A stretch of DNA of 64,000 bases from Anas platyrhynchos. Taxonomy: Eukaryota. Shown here piece after piece: positions 52,251 to 64,000 of the stretch. How positions within the stretch are numbered: position 1 is the first letter of the stretch; every line of letters starts with the position of its first letter. The stretch lies in NCBI RefSeq assembly GCF_047663525.1, contig NC_092587.1, forward strand, positions 188,931,457 through 188,995,456, given 5' to 3'. The position numbers were made by a program, and so were the translations under genes. The notes beneath the pieces were generated by a model that ran no database searches, was not told where the DNA came from, and saw nothing but the letters and a program-made list of their open reading frames with translations.

Positions 52251-53567
52251 CTGAGTTCCTTTAGACATCACGGGCAAATATCCCCTAGCCTTGGAAATAT
52301 ACCCAGGTTTTATTGGTTTGCAATAAAATGTCTTATACTGACTTTTTACAAAAATAATCCACAAATTTCTCTGCCTTACAGAAGGGTTCTGTAATCTCCA
52401 TTGTGAACACCAGCACAATGATCGTATGGGAGCATTTGCTTATATATTTGCTTAATATTAATTTTTTAGACTTGGTATTCTTAAATGGAGCATTTATAAG
52501 GTTATAAAGGAAAGACTACTACTAGCTTCATAACAGAATAAGAGTATTAGCAGTACTACAGCAAGCAGCAGTGACCATTTAAGAGGCGGTTTCTGTCAAA
52601 ATAGATTTAAGAAGTTAGTTGATGGGAAACGAGACCAGAGATGGAAACAGTTTTCTGTGGACTAAAAAGAGAATGACTACAAGGCACCTGATACATTGGT
52701 CTTCTTGAATTGGACATAAAAACCACAAAGAAAGTCATCATAAAACAACAAAAAGACCTGCACTGAGATAGCACTCCTCTGGCACTACACAGGCACTCAT
52801 GGCAATACTTCACCTGCTGCAGAAGCTGAGACTTTCTCTAAAGGTCACTCAAGTTTGGAGATGGTAGGTTACGAATTTCTGCTCTGATACACTATCAGTT
52901 AGCTAGTGGTTCTTCCAAACTGACATTCGAAGAGCTTGCTCTTTCTCTCCACTTTTATTCTTGTCCCTACTTTGTATCATTCTTAATCCGTTCTGTGTAT
53001 TTCACCACACACACTGCACTGCTCTTTGGCCATTCTGTCGCATGATAGATGTTTGCATTTCCATCATTTACTGGAACATTAGCTGTACCTACCTCTCCAG
53101 CACAGAGTTCTTGAACTCTCCACTCACAACTGACTCTTAAGGCTCAGCAACACCCTCATTATTTCCTATCTGCAGGGACTTTTTGTCTTCTACCGCCCCC
53201 AACAAAAGACCGCTTTTTTATTTTTTTAAATGAATGATTTACTTTCCATGCCCTAATAAGACTTTACATTCAACTGTCCAATACTTAGCTTTTATTTTTT
53301 CTGATTACTTTCTTTCTACTCTGAGGAATCTTTCACTTCTACTAATTCCCTTTTCCTCCTCTCCACCTTTTTACTCAGTGTTTAAGTAACTTCCTGCTAA
53401 TTGTTAGCTCACACAGTTTGCATTTCACATGATTTATCAGTTAGCTTTGTGCCCAAAGCAGATGCTTTCTTTCCAGAACTCTCTCCCTCTTCCCCATGAC
53501 TTCAAATTATGACAGGCCCAGTGTTTCCAGCTTTGACAGAACAAACTTCAAAGTACAGTTTACTCAC

Positions 53568-53722
53568 GTTTCCAAATGACTCTTGAGCTGCTCGTATACC
53601 AGTATGTTATTGCACTGCTTAGCAAAATGAAGTGCGCTGTTCTGATGCTTTGACAAAATATTGCAGTCTGCTCCGCTCTCAATCATAAGCCGCACTATGT
53701 CAGAATTCCCTCTTTTACACGC
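53568..53722 (-). CDS. MPHOSPH8: MPHOSPH8 ankyrin-repeat exon 3 (ACKRGNSDIVRLMIESGADCNILSKHQNSALHFAKQCNNILVYEQLKSHLE-)
   Basis: Acceptor tctttgcacag|GCGTGT and donor GGAAAC|gtgagta. Confidence 0.85.
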
Positions 53723-55647
53723 CTGTGCAAAGAGAAGGGAAGGATGGGCAACAACAAAATCCCATTAGAACACTGTAACACCAAAGAAAGCAGGACTGCA
53801 GAAACAAATTAAAATCCAAATTTAGTTACAATTCAGAAAACAAGTTTAAGCAGGCATCCAGGGAATGCTAGCACAAATCCTGCTAACTCAGGATCATGCC
53901 ACATACATGTAAATACTTCACCTTTACCCAGGCAATACTATGCAGCTGATCCCACAGAATTAGCAACACTCAGGGTTGCCAAATGGATTACTAAAAAGAC
54001 AAAAAGAAGTTCTATGACAAGATTTAAGCTGCTCAAGGACAGTAACTGTAAACTGCCTTCATGCCTGAACAAACAGGCTTCTGCAGAAGCATTCAGGATG
54101 ACTGATCTAACACTTCTAAACGTCCATTACTTCAGATTTCCAGTAAACGAGTGGAATTTCCCCCAAATTATTTAGCCATTTTAGACAGATACTATTTCAA
54201 CTGTGTAAGTGTCCAAGCCTGATCAACATTACCTCCAGTAAGAATTTAATTTCAGGGCATCTCAACTGAAGACTGGACAAAGGTACAGGAAAAGCTAAAT
54301 AAAGCCCTACTTTGAAGGACACAAACTTACTCTTGGCAGCTTGTTTTCAAACATCTCACTCAGAATTAGGGAAAGGCACAAGAGATATAAATTTCTATCC
54401 TCATGAGGCCTTTCAGAAATGAACATCTGAAATTTGTTTAAGGCCTGAACTTTCATATCCACTTTCAATCCATAATCTTCCATAAATAAACAAAACCAAT
54501 ACACCCTTCCCCCCAAAAAAAGAGAAAAAACAAACAAGAACCTTACAACACCACAAAAATCACGTATCACCTCTGAGAAAAATGAACTGCCAAGACTTCC
54601 CTCCCCCTGCTTTCAGAAGTAAGATCCAACTCCTTAGGTTAAGAAAGAGTGACTTGATAAACACATCGGTATGTTTATCCACACGTGGCTAAACTTGTTT
54701 CAGTAAGTTACGGGAAATTAAGACCCAACTCTCCATATCTGCACCGCAAATAAATACAGGGAATAAGTCACTGTAGGATGCCAATTAGGAAGTATGCACA
54801 GCTGTGTATCAAACAAGAAAAATATTACTGAAGAAATATGAAGCTCGAAACTGAGGTTCATGGAGGCAGACAAACTGCAAAGAGATTTTGGACGTAAGTG
54901 ACTGAGGAAACCACAAATGTGTCACCACTTTCTTTACAGAAGATATGAACCCTCTGAGCCTTGCAGAGGTAAGAGAGAAACAATATGACGTTGTCTTGCA
55001 CAGAAAACCTCTTGTAATCTCTTCTGTAAACAGCCTCCATGAAAACAGAACAAGTTTATCAGGAAGAGGAACTTCAGCGGAATTATCCAATACAAACCAG
55101 AAAATATTAAGAGGAGCACAGGCTGTTTTAAGAGTCTTAGAATTTTCCCATTAGAACAACAGTAAATACATAAACAAATGATTTCCTTTGTGGTTGGAGG
55201 AAATAAAGGTGCAGAACAGGTAGTGGGAAGGTGACTGTAAACCAGTTACTTTATTTCTGGCCAGCGATTATAAGACAGAAGTCAACATTTCACAGCAACA
55301 TTCTGTGAAAGATTCTCCTTTGTGGAGTTTTTGGTCTCCCTGCTGACAATCAGATTATCTCAGTTTAAAGACCACGTCTACATTTCTTTGACCCAAACAA
55401 TGAAAGAGATGAGAAGCCACATTTAACACTAAGTTGATGGCATCCGGATCCACTGTTTAGATATAATACCTTAAAAAAATATGGATTAAAACACTGCCTC
55501 ACGTAACTATGAGTAGTATTTGCATTTCAAATGCAGTATATGTCCCCTGACTAAATTAACTCTGCAAATGCACTTTTATGTCTTCTATACTCTGTTAGTT
55601 TCCCAAGTATTACTATTAAACTGCATCAGAACAAATATTGATTTTAC

Positions 55648-55734
55648 CTTCATTAAAGCAGTTTCACCACTGCTCTGCTGCATGTTCACATACGCCCCAG
55701 CTTCCAGAAGAATAGCGACCGTTGTAAGAAAATT
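55648..55734 (-). CDS. MPHOSPH8: MPHOSPH8 ankyrin-repeat exon 2 (NFLTTVAILLEAGAYVNMQQSSGETALMK)
   Basis: Acceptor gtttttaag|AATTTTCTT and donor TTAATGAAG|gtaaaat. It is 87 nt and starts and ends in phase 0. Confidence 0.85.
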
Positions 55735-56190
55735 CTTAAAAACACAAAACAAGTAAATATAAAATATTTAGTTTTCATTTTCAAAATATAAGCATAGTGC
55801 ATGTCACAATTGCAGTTGTTCTCTCCCATTGCTCATAAAACTCATTTAAGACTGGCAAATAAAGAGCCATAGACATTTAATTCTTACTTTTTACATAACT
55901 TGGTATTAGTTATCACTTAAGGGGGAAAAAAAGCCTGCACTGACCATGAAACTGGAATCAAGCTTTCCTTTGGCCTCGTATCTCCTGTACTTGGGAAGCT
56001 CACAAACCAACTTGAACAAAAGAGAGCACCATGAAACATCCTTTAACTTTAATCAATCTGGACTTTGTTTGGGAAGAGCTTAAGGTCTCCCTTTTTTGGG
56101 GATCAGCTAAAGGGGCAGAAAAAACGGATCCCACTTTTGCACGTACATAAAAGAGCCAAGAACTACAAATATGATGGAAAACAAGCCAAC

Positions 56191-56331
56191 CTTTTCAGCT
56201 GCATGTATCAATGCAGTTGTTCCATTTTTCTGTCTGCCATTAACTTTGGCTCCTTTCCTGATCAAGACCCGCAGGAGGTCATCGTGCCCACCAGCGGCAG
56301 CAAGCATCACCAGGGTCATTCCACTCGAGTC
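56191..56331 (-). CDS. MPHOSPH8: MPHOSPH8 ankyrin-repeat exon 1 (DSSGMTLVMLAAAGGHDDLLRVLIRKGAKVNGRQKNGTTALIHAAEK)
   Basis: The translation has a clear ANK-repeat signature. Donor GCTGAAAAG|gttggc. Acceptor ttgttgttgcag|GACTCG, with an alternative upstream acceptor at about 56356 that is less phase-compatible. Confidence 0.8.
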
Positions 56332-57397
56332 CTGCAACAACAATCGTTGCCAAATACTTGAAGATAAATCAAAACCGCAAGACAAAGACTGCAAGTGCAT
56401 CAACAGGTTTCACAGAGATTCTCCTCCCCAGCAGAAGAATTCACACATAGATGACTGCCAGATGCTGACAAACTATCACCTCCCACTTCCCTCGCCCACA
56501 GGCCTCACACTCGGCGCTTCATAAATCTAATGAGCCGAGCAAGAAGGAAAAACAGAACGAGGCCGGATGAAAAGCAGCAAGGTATGTGACGGCGGGGAAG
56601 ACAGCAAGACAGTGGAAAAAAAATCGGGAACCACTGGAGAAAATTCACATTGCCTTAAGCCAGTTGCTACCACAACACAGCTTTTGGATTTTATCTGAGG
56701 AAAAATATGAAGATTCCTGTGGGCAGCCAGTCTCCTCACCACTCCTTGCATTGTCCATCAGACACTACAATCCAAAAACCATGGGCTTGCCTCTAGAGTT
56801 CATTTGGCATCTTTTTTTCTCCAACACTACAAAAGTTTTAGCATAATGTGTAGTCCTCAAAATGCTACATGAGTGCACAAGGTCACTGATTAAAATCCTG
56901 ATGTCTGAGATTTTAATTCTCAAAAACGGAGTTACAGTACTGGTTAACAGGAAAATAGACCCCTGAAGGAAAAAACGGTAAGCACACAGCCGACAAAAAA
57001 AATTATTCATGGGGTGAAGTTGCCCCAGTCTGCTGAACAAAAAAAAAAAATGACCTTTTTTCATGTATAGACATTTTACATGTTTCAGGCACTTAATCTG
57101 CCAGATATCACCATTCCTTATACCACTTAAAATTCTACGTTTATTATTCAGTTTAAATCCAGTAGGCAAATCCTTTGCAAATCCAGCTAGTAGGATGTTT
57201 CTACGAAATTTCACTTTTTCTTTGGATGAAATGGGAACAAATATTGAAACCTTGTATCCTGTGCTCCCTTTTCTCCCACTGTGCTTTTTCCAAGGTGAAA
57301 CACAAAACCGCTACTAGCAGGACGTAGCTTTTCAAACAATCCACATTTGTACTTCCCACCCACCCCCCTCTCAACAGCTCTATGACAGAGCATTTAC

Positions 57398-57486
57398 CTC
57401 TTGATCCAGATTATATTCCTCGCTTGAAGAAAGTGCCATCTTCACTGTCATATAATCCCCGCTTTTGACAGCATCCCTCAGGAGTG
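57398..57486 (-). CDS. MPHOSPH8: MPHOSPH8 exon (LLRDAVKSGDYMTVKMALSSSEEYNLDQE), the region just before the ankyrin repeats
   Basis: Acceptor ctttattttctag|CACTCCTGAGG and donor GATCAAGAG|gtaaatg. Confidence 0.75.
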
Positions 57487-57572
57487 CTAGAAAATAAAGT
57501 TAATGCAGCTATAGAATATTCCACATTGAAATGCCAGATCAGAAACATCCGTTCCTCCCAGCAACTACTCAC

Positions 57573-57698
57573 TGCTGGATATTGGTTCTGTTGAGACATG
57601 ATTCTCATCTTCTCCATCGAGATGCTTCTGGAAGTCTTCTAGTGTCAGCCATTCCAACTGCATGTCCATACCCAAACTCAGGACTTGTTGCTTGCCAT
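57573..57698 (-). CDS. MPHOSPH8: MPHOSPH8 exon ((D)GKQQVLSLGMDMQLEWLTLEDFQKHLDGEDENHVSTEPISS)
   Basis: Acceptor ..ttttttttcttctgtgaaatcaaatacgtgatag|ATGGCAAG and donor CCAGCA|gtgagtag. The phase joins the next exon as ..SS-T-LLRD. Confidence 0.65.
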
Positions 57699-57760
57699 CT
57701 ATCACGTATTTGATTTCACAGAAGAAAAAAAAACATAAGTAACTAGTAACTTATCTGTTT

Positions 57761-57800
57761 CCAGATCATTTTATCTGTTTCCAGATCATTCACTGCTTCA
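57761..57800. repeat. Perfect 20-bp tandem duplication (ttatctgtttccagatcatt x2) in an MPHOSPH8 intron
   Basis: The direct repeat lies 60 nt upstream, in the gene's sense, of the 57698 exon acceptor. Confidence 0.8.
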
Positions 57801-58151
57801 ATGATCAGCAGCACAACATGCTACTTTTCATTCAAACACTCTGGAAGCCAGTGTGAAATGGTTCCAAACAACAGCAGCCATGTTACAAGCAGACACTTGA
57901 AAGAAATCGCTTAGTTGTTCTACAGCATTAGGCTGAAGGGATCAGAGATGGTGAGCGGTGTTACAGCAATAGCAGGAATACACTGGGAACACACTGATAA
58001 GCTGAGAAGTTATCAATGAGTTTTCAAAAGAAAACATTATTATAGCCAGCAGGGAAAACAAGAATTGGAGCACTGAAAGATGCAAGCAGGAATGGAGAGA
58101 ATATTAAATGCAAGTGCTCAGCTTTCTCCTAGATTTGCTTCTACGGCTCAC

Positions 58152-58403
58152 CAGAGTTCTCCTCCATTTGACACACATCCACTACTTCTCGATCACCTTC
58201 TGCAGCAATGTAATTCCATGTTTCTGTTTCATCTCTTATGCTCCTCCTTTCCTTGTACACCTTGCTGTCCTTTGATTTTAATTCTTCTATGAATTTATAT
58301 TCTAGCGAAGATTCTTCTCGTTTGCGGTTATTCTCAGAATAGTCATTTTTTTCTTCTGAAGCTACATTAAACAATTCAAATACACTTTTGATGTCTTTAA
58401 AGC
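58152..58403 (-). CDS. MPHOSPH8: MPHOSPH8 exon (..FKDIKSVFELFNVASEEKNDYSENNRKREESSLEYKFIEELKSKDSKVYKERRSIRDETETWNYIAAEGDREVVDVCQMEENS)
   Basis: Donor AACTCTG|gtgagcc is firmly placed. The acceptor attctag|GCTTTAAAG was chosen because it keeps the phase with the neighbouring exons. The 5' boundary could lie up to about 50 nt further upstream, limited by an in-frame TAG. Confidence 0.6.
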
Positions 58404-59494
58404 CTAGAATATTAAGACAGTTACCAAGAGTGACTACTTGAGCCCCTAAAGACTATCACATAAAGTTTAACTGAGTGACCAGAGTCCATTCAGAAAACTT
58501 TATCATTGCTGGAGCATAGCAGCAAGCTTAAGCATAAGCCAAAATCAGGGAAAGCAAGTTCACCTCCAACTACCCTGGAAGTCTGGGCTCTGGCTGCTTA
58601 CTACATAGTATCACCTTCTTTTTAACAAATTTGGTTTTGAATCACACATAAGTTACTACTTTGAAAATACAGTTCAGTACCTGTGATAAACAAAGGACAC
58701 ATGCTGTATGTGGAACAGTAATTAATAGTCTGTTACCACTTTTCTTGAGCACTGTAAGCATCTATTATCTTTTAAGTGAACAATGTTCCTCTGGCAATAA
58801 CTATTTGAAGTACTAGAGCTCCTCCTATACCTATTCAGAATGACCAAAGGTGGACTACTTTGTTTTCCTCTCAGTTTATCCTTGTCAGAGCAGCAAGGAA
58901 ATTTATCCTGAACAAAATCATCCAGAATGTTACTGAGATCAAGAGTGGTAACATCAACATTCTCTTAAACAGCATAAAACAGAAGCGCAACCTAGACTCT
59001 TTTCTTCATATTTCAAAGAATCCTGTTCTGTTATTTTAAGGCCTGAACAATAATTCAATGTGGCTAAAGCATCAGGTAGGAAGTTTGTCTGAAGTGAACC
59101 TCTACAAGTTACTCTAAAAATAGAGAATGTGTATTTAGAATGATAACAAAACAATTCTGGAAATAGAGAACCATTGGATGAATTGGAAGACTGCTATTAA
59201 CAGCATGATAACGAAGCATAATTGACAGCACTAAATGAAAAAAGGCAAAATCCTGACTTGTATAGAAGGCTCTCATGTTTTTATAGACACTTTCACGCCT
59301 CATATATGAAAGCACATACAGTGTTCTCATGAAGCATACATTAACAAAGCCATAAAAGGCTTTTGCTTCCTAAAATAAGAACAAAAGGTGTTTCTGAAAT
59401 GTGCTACAGAAATATACTGCATCTGCTCTTGTAGTTATCAGAAGAGAATGCCTTGAAGGGTCTTCCCCTTCTCTTTTTAGCAATTAGCACTTAC

Positions 59495-59591
59495 TTTTTA
59501 GGCCTTTCTGTTCTTTTCTGCTTTTTTCTTCTTTTTCAGGCTCCTTTTTCTGAGATTTGTCTTTTATTTCGGTTTTCTTTATTTCTTTCTC
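59495..59591 (-). CDS. MPHOSPH8: MPHOSPH8 exon (EKEIKKTEIKDKSQKKEPEKEEKSRKEQKGLK), 97 nt
   Basis: Acceptor ttcttgatatcag|GAGAAAG and donor CCTAAAAA|gtaagtgc. The phase is consistent with the flanking exons. I cannot exclude unseen exons between 59.6 kb and 62.8 kb. Confidence 0.6.
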
Positions 59592-62500
59592 CTGATATCA
59601 AGAAAAAGATAAAATTAAAGTGGTAGGGAGAAAAAGGGAAATAAATCTGTATATAAAACAGGCTTGTGGACATTCCTAAGAAAATGAATTAAATGGGTGA
59701 GACAGGAGTTACTCTGTGAAGGCTTCTTCAGTAAGAGAAAAGATGTTATTTCTAAATTAAGGAAGTTCAATTCTGACTTTTGCAGCATCCCAGTCATGCA
59801 AGGTGCTTACATATGCCAAAACCAGCATATGTTTAAAATTTTGGTGCTTTACAATTCATCAAAATGAGATAGACAGATATTCACACATGCACATGTATAT
59901 ATATAAAGCAAAGACCAAAAAAAAAAGGACCAGGAAACTTTTTCTATTTAACATTAAGTCTTAAATGTTAGCTGGTAAATCACTTATGAATACAGATCAA
60001 GTAGAAACCAGAAGTCTCTTAATCTTAAAAGTATTATCTCTACTAAAACTGGGACAAAACAACTAAAATCCCTTGGTCCAGAAATAAGGAGACTACAGAT
60101 CAAGGAGGCACAAATATTCAAAGTACTTTAGGGATCATAAAGCACTTATTTGCAGGAAGGAAATTTGAAGTTGTGAATCTCTCATTTGTTTCCAATATTT
60201 AACTTGAATACAATGCAATCATTTCTAAGTATTTAAGACCTTCGTAGCAACATATTCAAAGCAGTTATGACACAACTGACTTTGACCATAACTGAGAAAA
60301 CTTGACATTTGTATACAGAAGGTTTCAGGGTTTCCACTTCACACGTACAGAACAATGTAGCAATAGTCATTTGTGGAAAATGCACAAACAAAAAAAAAAA
60401 ATCCACCAAAATCTATTCTATCCGCACAGAAGATTGAGCTTAGTATCAGATAAATTATGGCAGATGGAGAGATACAACCAACTGCACCAAAAATAAGAAA
60501 CCAACTGCCTCCTCCAAAGGTTGCCTTTCTTCTTCTCCTCCAACCTCTCTTTACATTCAGTCAGCAACCTCCAAACCATAGAGTAGGAGGGAGGTTATTT
60601 TTAGAGGAGGGAGGAGCATTTTATCAGCCCCAACACTAACTGGGTACATGGAATAGCACGGGCTTTCTGAAAAACTGCCACCAGAACAAGTCCACCAAAG
60701 CACTACAGACTGAATTCATCATTAAATGCTACCACTTCTTAGAAAGGTAAAGAATTAAAATAAATTAATTTAGCATATGATAACGTGTTAGCAGAGCTGT
60801 AGCACTGAACCCTCCTTTTCTCCCCCTCATTCCCCACAAAACTCCAGCTTTTAATCACAGACATGATTAACTGGCAGCACAGGCAGCTGTTGTCCCAGGC
60901 AGATGCCCAAAGTAGGAGGGGACAAGTGATTTACCAAAACCATTACCAGGTATTTGCTAAACACAAGGGCTGTTATAATCAGTTATCCTGAATTCTATTC
61001 CAGATTTCTAATACTGATTAGATGCACAATGCACCCTGCATTTATTTTTGGAGGTAAATCAAAAGGAAAGGAGGGTTCAGCATACAAAATGACCTCAAAC
61101 GGAATATCACGCTACAAATTGACACAACAATGTTCTGTAATCAGAGCTGCACAATCACGGACAGGTAGCTGAGAACGATGCGACAATTTTATCTGAAAAG
61201 AATGATCTGATTGGGCCAACAGCTTTGTGAAGCCATAAAAAACCCTAAAGCTATCCACCAAACCCACCCATGTAATGAGTCCGCAGCTGCTCTGGAGAAC
61301 AACTAGCCAGTGACAGCAAACGTTTTTTGAGGTCCCAGAGAGAGAGCAAAAAGCAGCATGTTTTCCATGGTTCCTCAGTACACGAGAGACATACAGACAT
61401 TTTACTGACAGTGCTGGCTGAAAAGCCAAAAGAAAACAAAGGCTTCCACCTGCTAATGATTTCTTCATGTTTGGGATGACAGGATTTTTATGCTTTGGTA
61501 AATAAAACAGGATTCCAAAGATGTATCCAATTACCACTGCCAATGTTGCTCTCTTATGAATGCTGTAGCCTCAAACATACTCGGAGTACTACAGGGCCAT
61601 ACCATTCCAGTTAGTTAACAGTCCAGAGAGGATTATTTAAAGAGCTGTTTGACACAGCTATGCCTCGATGCTATTAACCTTGTTTACAAGAGCTTTCACC
61701 ACTAAGCTCCTGCAAAAATAGTACTTTGTGTAGCTCTACTCTGCGATTACTCCACGTAATATTTCTATTCTCTATCCAAAATCAACTTGATCATGTTTAA
61801 GGTGGCCTACTCCATACATAAAACAGCCTGAAGCAGAGGACCACGGCTGAATCTACAGAAATAAGGCACCTGCCACCATGGAATTGTGGCCTTAGAAGGA
61901 GTGGGATAAAATCTATTAAGTATCAAGGTATTTTAGCTGCAGCCATATCAGAAAGGGGTATCTCTGGGCAGACAATTTTTTAAGAACTGCATATTATATT
62001 AGAATAGCCTCAAGTAGCTGAACAAAAATCCTCCAAAAGTAGCTTTTCCTCAGAAACTTTCTAGAAATAATGCTTTTTTTTCCCCCCACTACACACTTTT
62101 TTTTTTTTTTTTTTTTTTGCTTTTACCACCCTGGTTTCCTGATTGAATTAAATAAAATAAATTAAATATTCTATTAGTATTTGATTAGTTCATTTGTTAT
62201 AATAGGTACAGCATTGGCAGTTACCATGACACCAAGCCGTGCAACTCAGCATCTCCTGTGCGCAGCACAGGAATTCTAACAAGACAAGACAAGCTGCACA
62301 ATTATCTCAGAGACTTGGGTTTCGAAGCAATTTCAGCATTCCGATTCTTCAGAAGGTGCTAATACATGTAAAGCACAACTGAGTGGCTGGCTTTTGAGAC
62401 AGATCAAGTGTTCGTCTTACCTCAAAAATGTGCTTCATTGTGCGGCGTTGGATAGCTGCTACAAGACTGAATGCATTACTATGCAAGAAGAAAAAAGTCA

Positions 62501-62866
62501 GACTGAGGCCCTACTGTTGAAGCTAGGGGAAACAAGAGGCTGAAAATGAAAGCACGTGTCTCTGGAACAGTAAATTTTGTTTTAAGTAGGTACGCACAAC
62601 AAACAGGAGAAATTCGTATTTTCACACCTAAAGACACTCACTCCACTCTCCTACAGTGTTCCCCGTTTTTCCAGTGTTCAGAATCCAGAAATATTTCAGC
62701 CTGGCCTACAGATTGGGCACTGAGATTTTTATTCACCTCATTAACCTTCCAATTCCTATTTTTCTCTTTGCCATCATAAACAGTAGCCTTTTGAAGTACC
62801 TCCACCTCAAATGTGTTTGATTAACCCCTTCCTCCCCCACCACCCTAATGTTGTAACATTGCTTAC

Positions 62867-63718
62867 CTCCCCAGCTGAATCCGTGGACTTGCCTCCTCTT
62901 TCATCAGTGCTCAACTTCAAACCTTTCTGCACTGGTGCAGGAGCAGCTGGCACTTTCTCCAACTCGGCAGCTACAGTTTTTACTTTTTCTTGACCTTTTT
63001 GCCTTTTGTGCACGCTCTTCTTCTCTAAATAGTTATCTTTAGTTTCTACTTTTCTACCTTCATCTTTATAATCTTCAGATTTCAGATTTTTCTTCTTCTT
63101 TCTTTTAATCTTAACCTCAACACTATCATCTTCATTACTTGCTGATCCATCCAGATGCCTCTCAGTAATGAAATCTTTTTCAGCAATTTCTTGTTCCAAT
63201 CTCTCTTTTCCACATTTCACCTTTTGTTTCTCCTCTTTATTTTCAGAATATAAGTCTGAGGTTTCATTATCAGTTCCTTGAGAAAGTGCATCATCTAAAG
63301 TACTTGACTCTAAGTCAAACTGAACATCTTGCTTCTCCTTCCGTGATTTTTTATTTTCTTTAGAATCTTCTTTCGATTTTACTTTTACATCTTTAACTTC
63401 TCCTTTCTTTTTCCTGACTTCTTTACTATCTTCTTTCTTTTGTTTTTTAGGATCCTTTGAATCTTCCCTCGTTTCTGAAGTCCTTTTTTTTGGTTTTGAA
63501 TCTGCTAACACAATATCTGAGGAGTTTTCACATTCTGTTCTAGGTTTTTCTTTGAGTTTCGCAGACTTAGACTTTTTCTTCTTCGGGTCATCTGGACTTC
63601 TATCCTCTCCATCTTTTGACTTTTTCTTTTTCTTCTTTGGTGAAACATCATCTTTTGTTTCACTTTGCCGGTCACTGTCAGATTCTGCTTCAAATACATC
63701 ATCATTTAAAGAGAGTTT
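62867..63718 (-). CDS. MPHOSPH8: MPHOSPH8 large internal exon, 852 nt and 284 codons. It encodes a Lys/Glu/Ser-rich disordered region (KLSLNDDVFEAESDSDRQSETKDD..KKKKKSKDGEDRSPDDPKKKKSKS..DSAGE).
   Basis: Acceptor ctgcattttag|AAACTC and donor GGGGAG|gtaagc. A single open frame spans both ORF-track pieces (62807-63511 and 63505-63705 are the same exon; the track's upstream ORF is out of frame). Confidence 0.75.
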
Positions 63719-64000
63719 CTAAAATGCAGTACAGAAAAGATAAAAAAAAAAATCCTCATTAAACTGTATCACTTTAGCATAAGCCATCCAGAAATGGCAG
63801 TGATGATGCTTTTTGGAAAAGTCAATTGCTGTTTAAACATTACAAATAACATTCCTTTCTGCCAAATTGTAAAATTTGTAAACACAATTCTAGCTCACTT
63901 ACCTAAATCATATTTCTAACTGCCTGAAAGAGAATCAATACATAAACAAGGAAACCAAGGCAACTGGAGATCCAGCAGTCAGACTCCAGAACAGAATTAA

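Larger units (their letters stand above)
46474..63718 (-). other. MPHOSPH8: MPHOSPH8 (M-phase phosphoprotein 8, MPP8) gene, 3' portion. Twelve exons are identified. The 5' chromodomain exons lie beyond the window end.
   Basis: The spliced minus-strand translation matches my recollection of MPP8. The ankyrin repeats read DSSGMTLVMLAAAGGHDDLLRVLIRKGAKVNGRQKNGTTALIHAAEK|NFLTTVAILLEAGAYVNMQQSSGETALMK|ACKRGNSDIVRLMIESGADCNILSKHQNSALHFAKQCNNILVYEQLKSHLET|LSRVAEDTIRDYFEARLALLEPVFPIACHRLCEGPDFSTDFNYKPPQNVPEG|SGILLFVFHSNFFGKEVVARLCGPCSVQAVVLNDKFQLPVFL|DSHFIYSFSPTAGLNKLFIRLAEAPTAK|VKLLIGAYRVQLQ*. Intron phases are consistent throughout. In human, MPHOSPH8 lies tail-to-tail with PSPC1, the same arrangement as here. 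Confidence 0.85.

Noticed and set aside
63505-63705. 66-aa minus-strand ORF from the track, which suggested either a separate exon or a frameshift relative to 62807-63511
   Set aside because: It is the wrong frame of the same exon. The frame of the 62807-63511 ORF stays open continuously from 63718 down to 62867.
1-64000. Searched for prokaryote-style features suggested by the task framing, such as CRISPR arrays, operons, defence islands, tRNA or rRNA genes and promoter -10/-35 boxes
   Set aside because: None are present. The sequence is vertebrate nuclear DNA. The evidence is spliced multi-exon genes with GT-AG introns, CpG depletion, CR1 LINEs and microsatellites. No tRNA-like or rRNA-like segments, and no regularly spaced direct repeats with unique spacers, were seen.

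Overview
This window is vertebrate DNA, almost certainly from a bird; it is not prokaryotic. It is AT-rich and CpG-depleted, contains spliced genes with GT-AG introns, and carries many CR1 (chicken-repeat-1) LINE copies. It holds a convergent gene pair.

On the + strand are the last three coding exons of PSPC1 (paraspeckle component 1). The coding sequence ends at 16377, and the translation ends in ...[12 protein letters not shown].

On the - strand is the 3' part of MPHOSPH8 (MPP8). Twelve exons run from a 852-nt Lys/Glu/Ser-rich exon (62867-63718), through the ankyrin-repeat exons, to a terminal micro-exon that encodes VKLLIGAYRVQLQ* (46474-46515). Splice phases are consistent along this exon chain, apart from the uncertain acceptors noted in the entries. 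The chromodomain exons lie beyond 64000.

The roughly 30-kb tail-to-tail intergenic space is filled with CR1 copies. One of them (22598-25815, + strand) keeps a fully open 937-aa ORF2 with apurinic-endonuclease and reverse-transcriptase domains. It also has the canonical (ATTCTGTG)2 3' tail, but it is 5'-truncated inside ORF1. This is the most notable feature.

Several near-identical CR1 3'-end fragments lie in alternating orientation. One inverted pair brackets the last exons of MPHOSPH8.

I found no CRISPR array, operon or defence-system-like structure. The 'novel system' framing does not apply to this sequence. The interesting signals here are the intact CR1, the inverted CR1 pairs and a cryptic exon.
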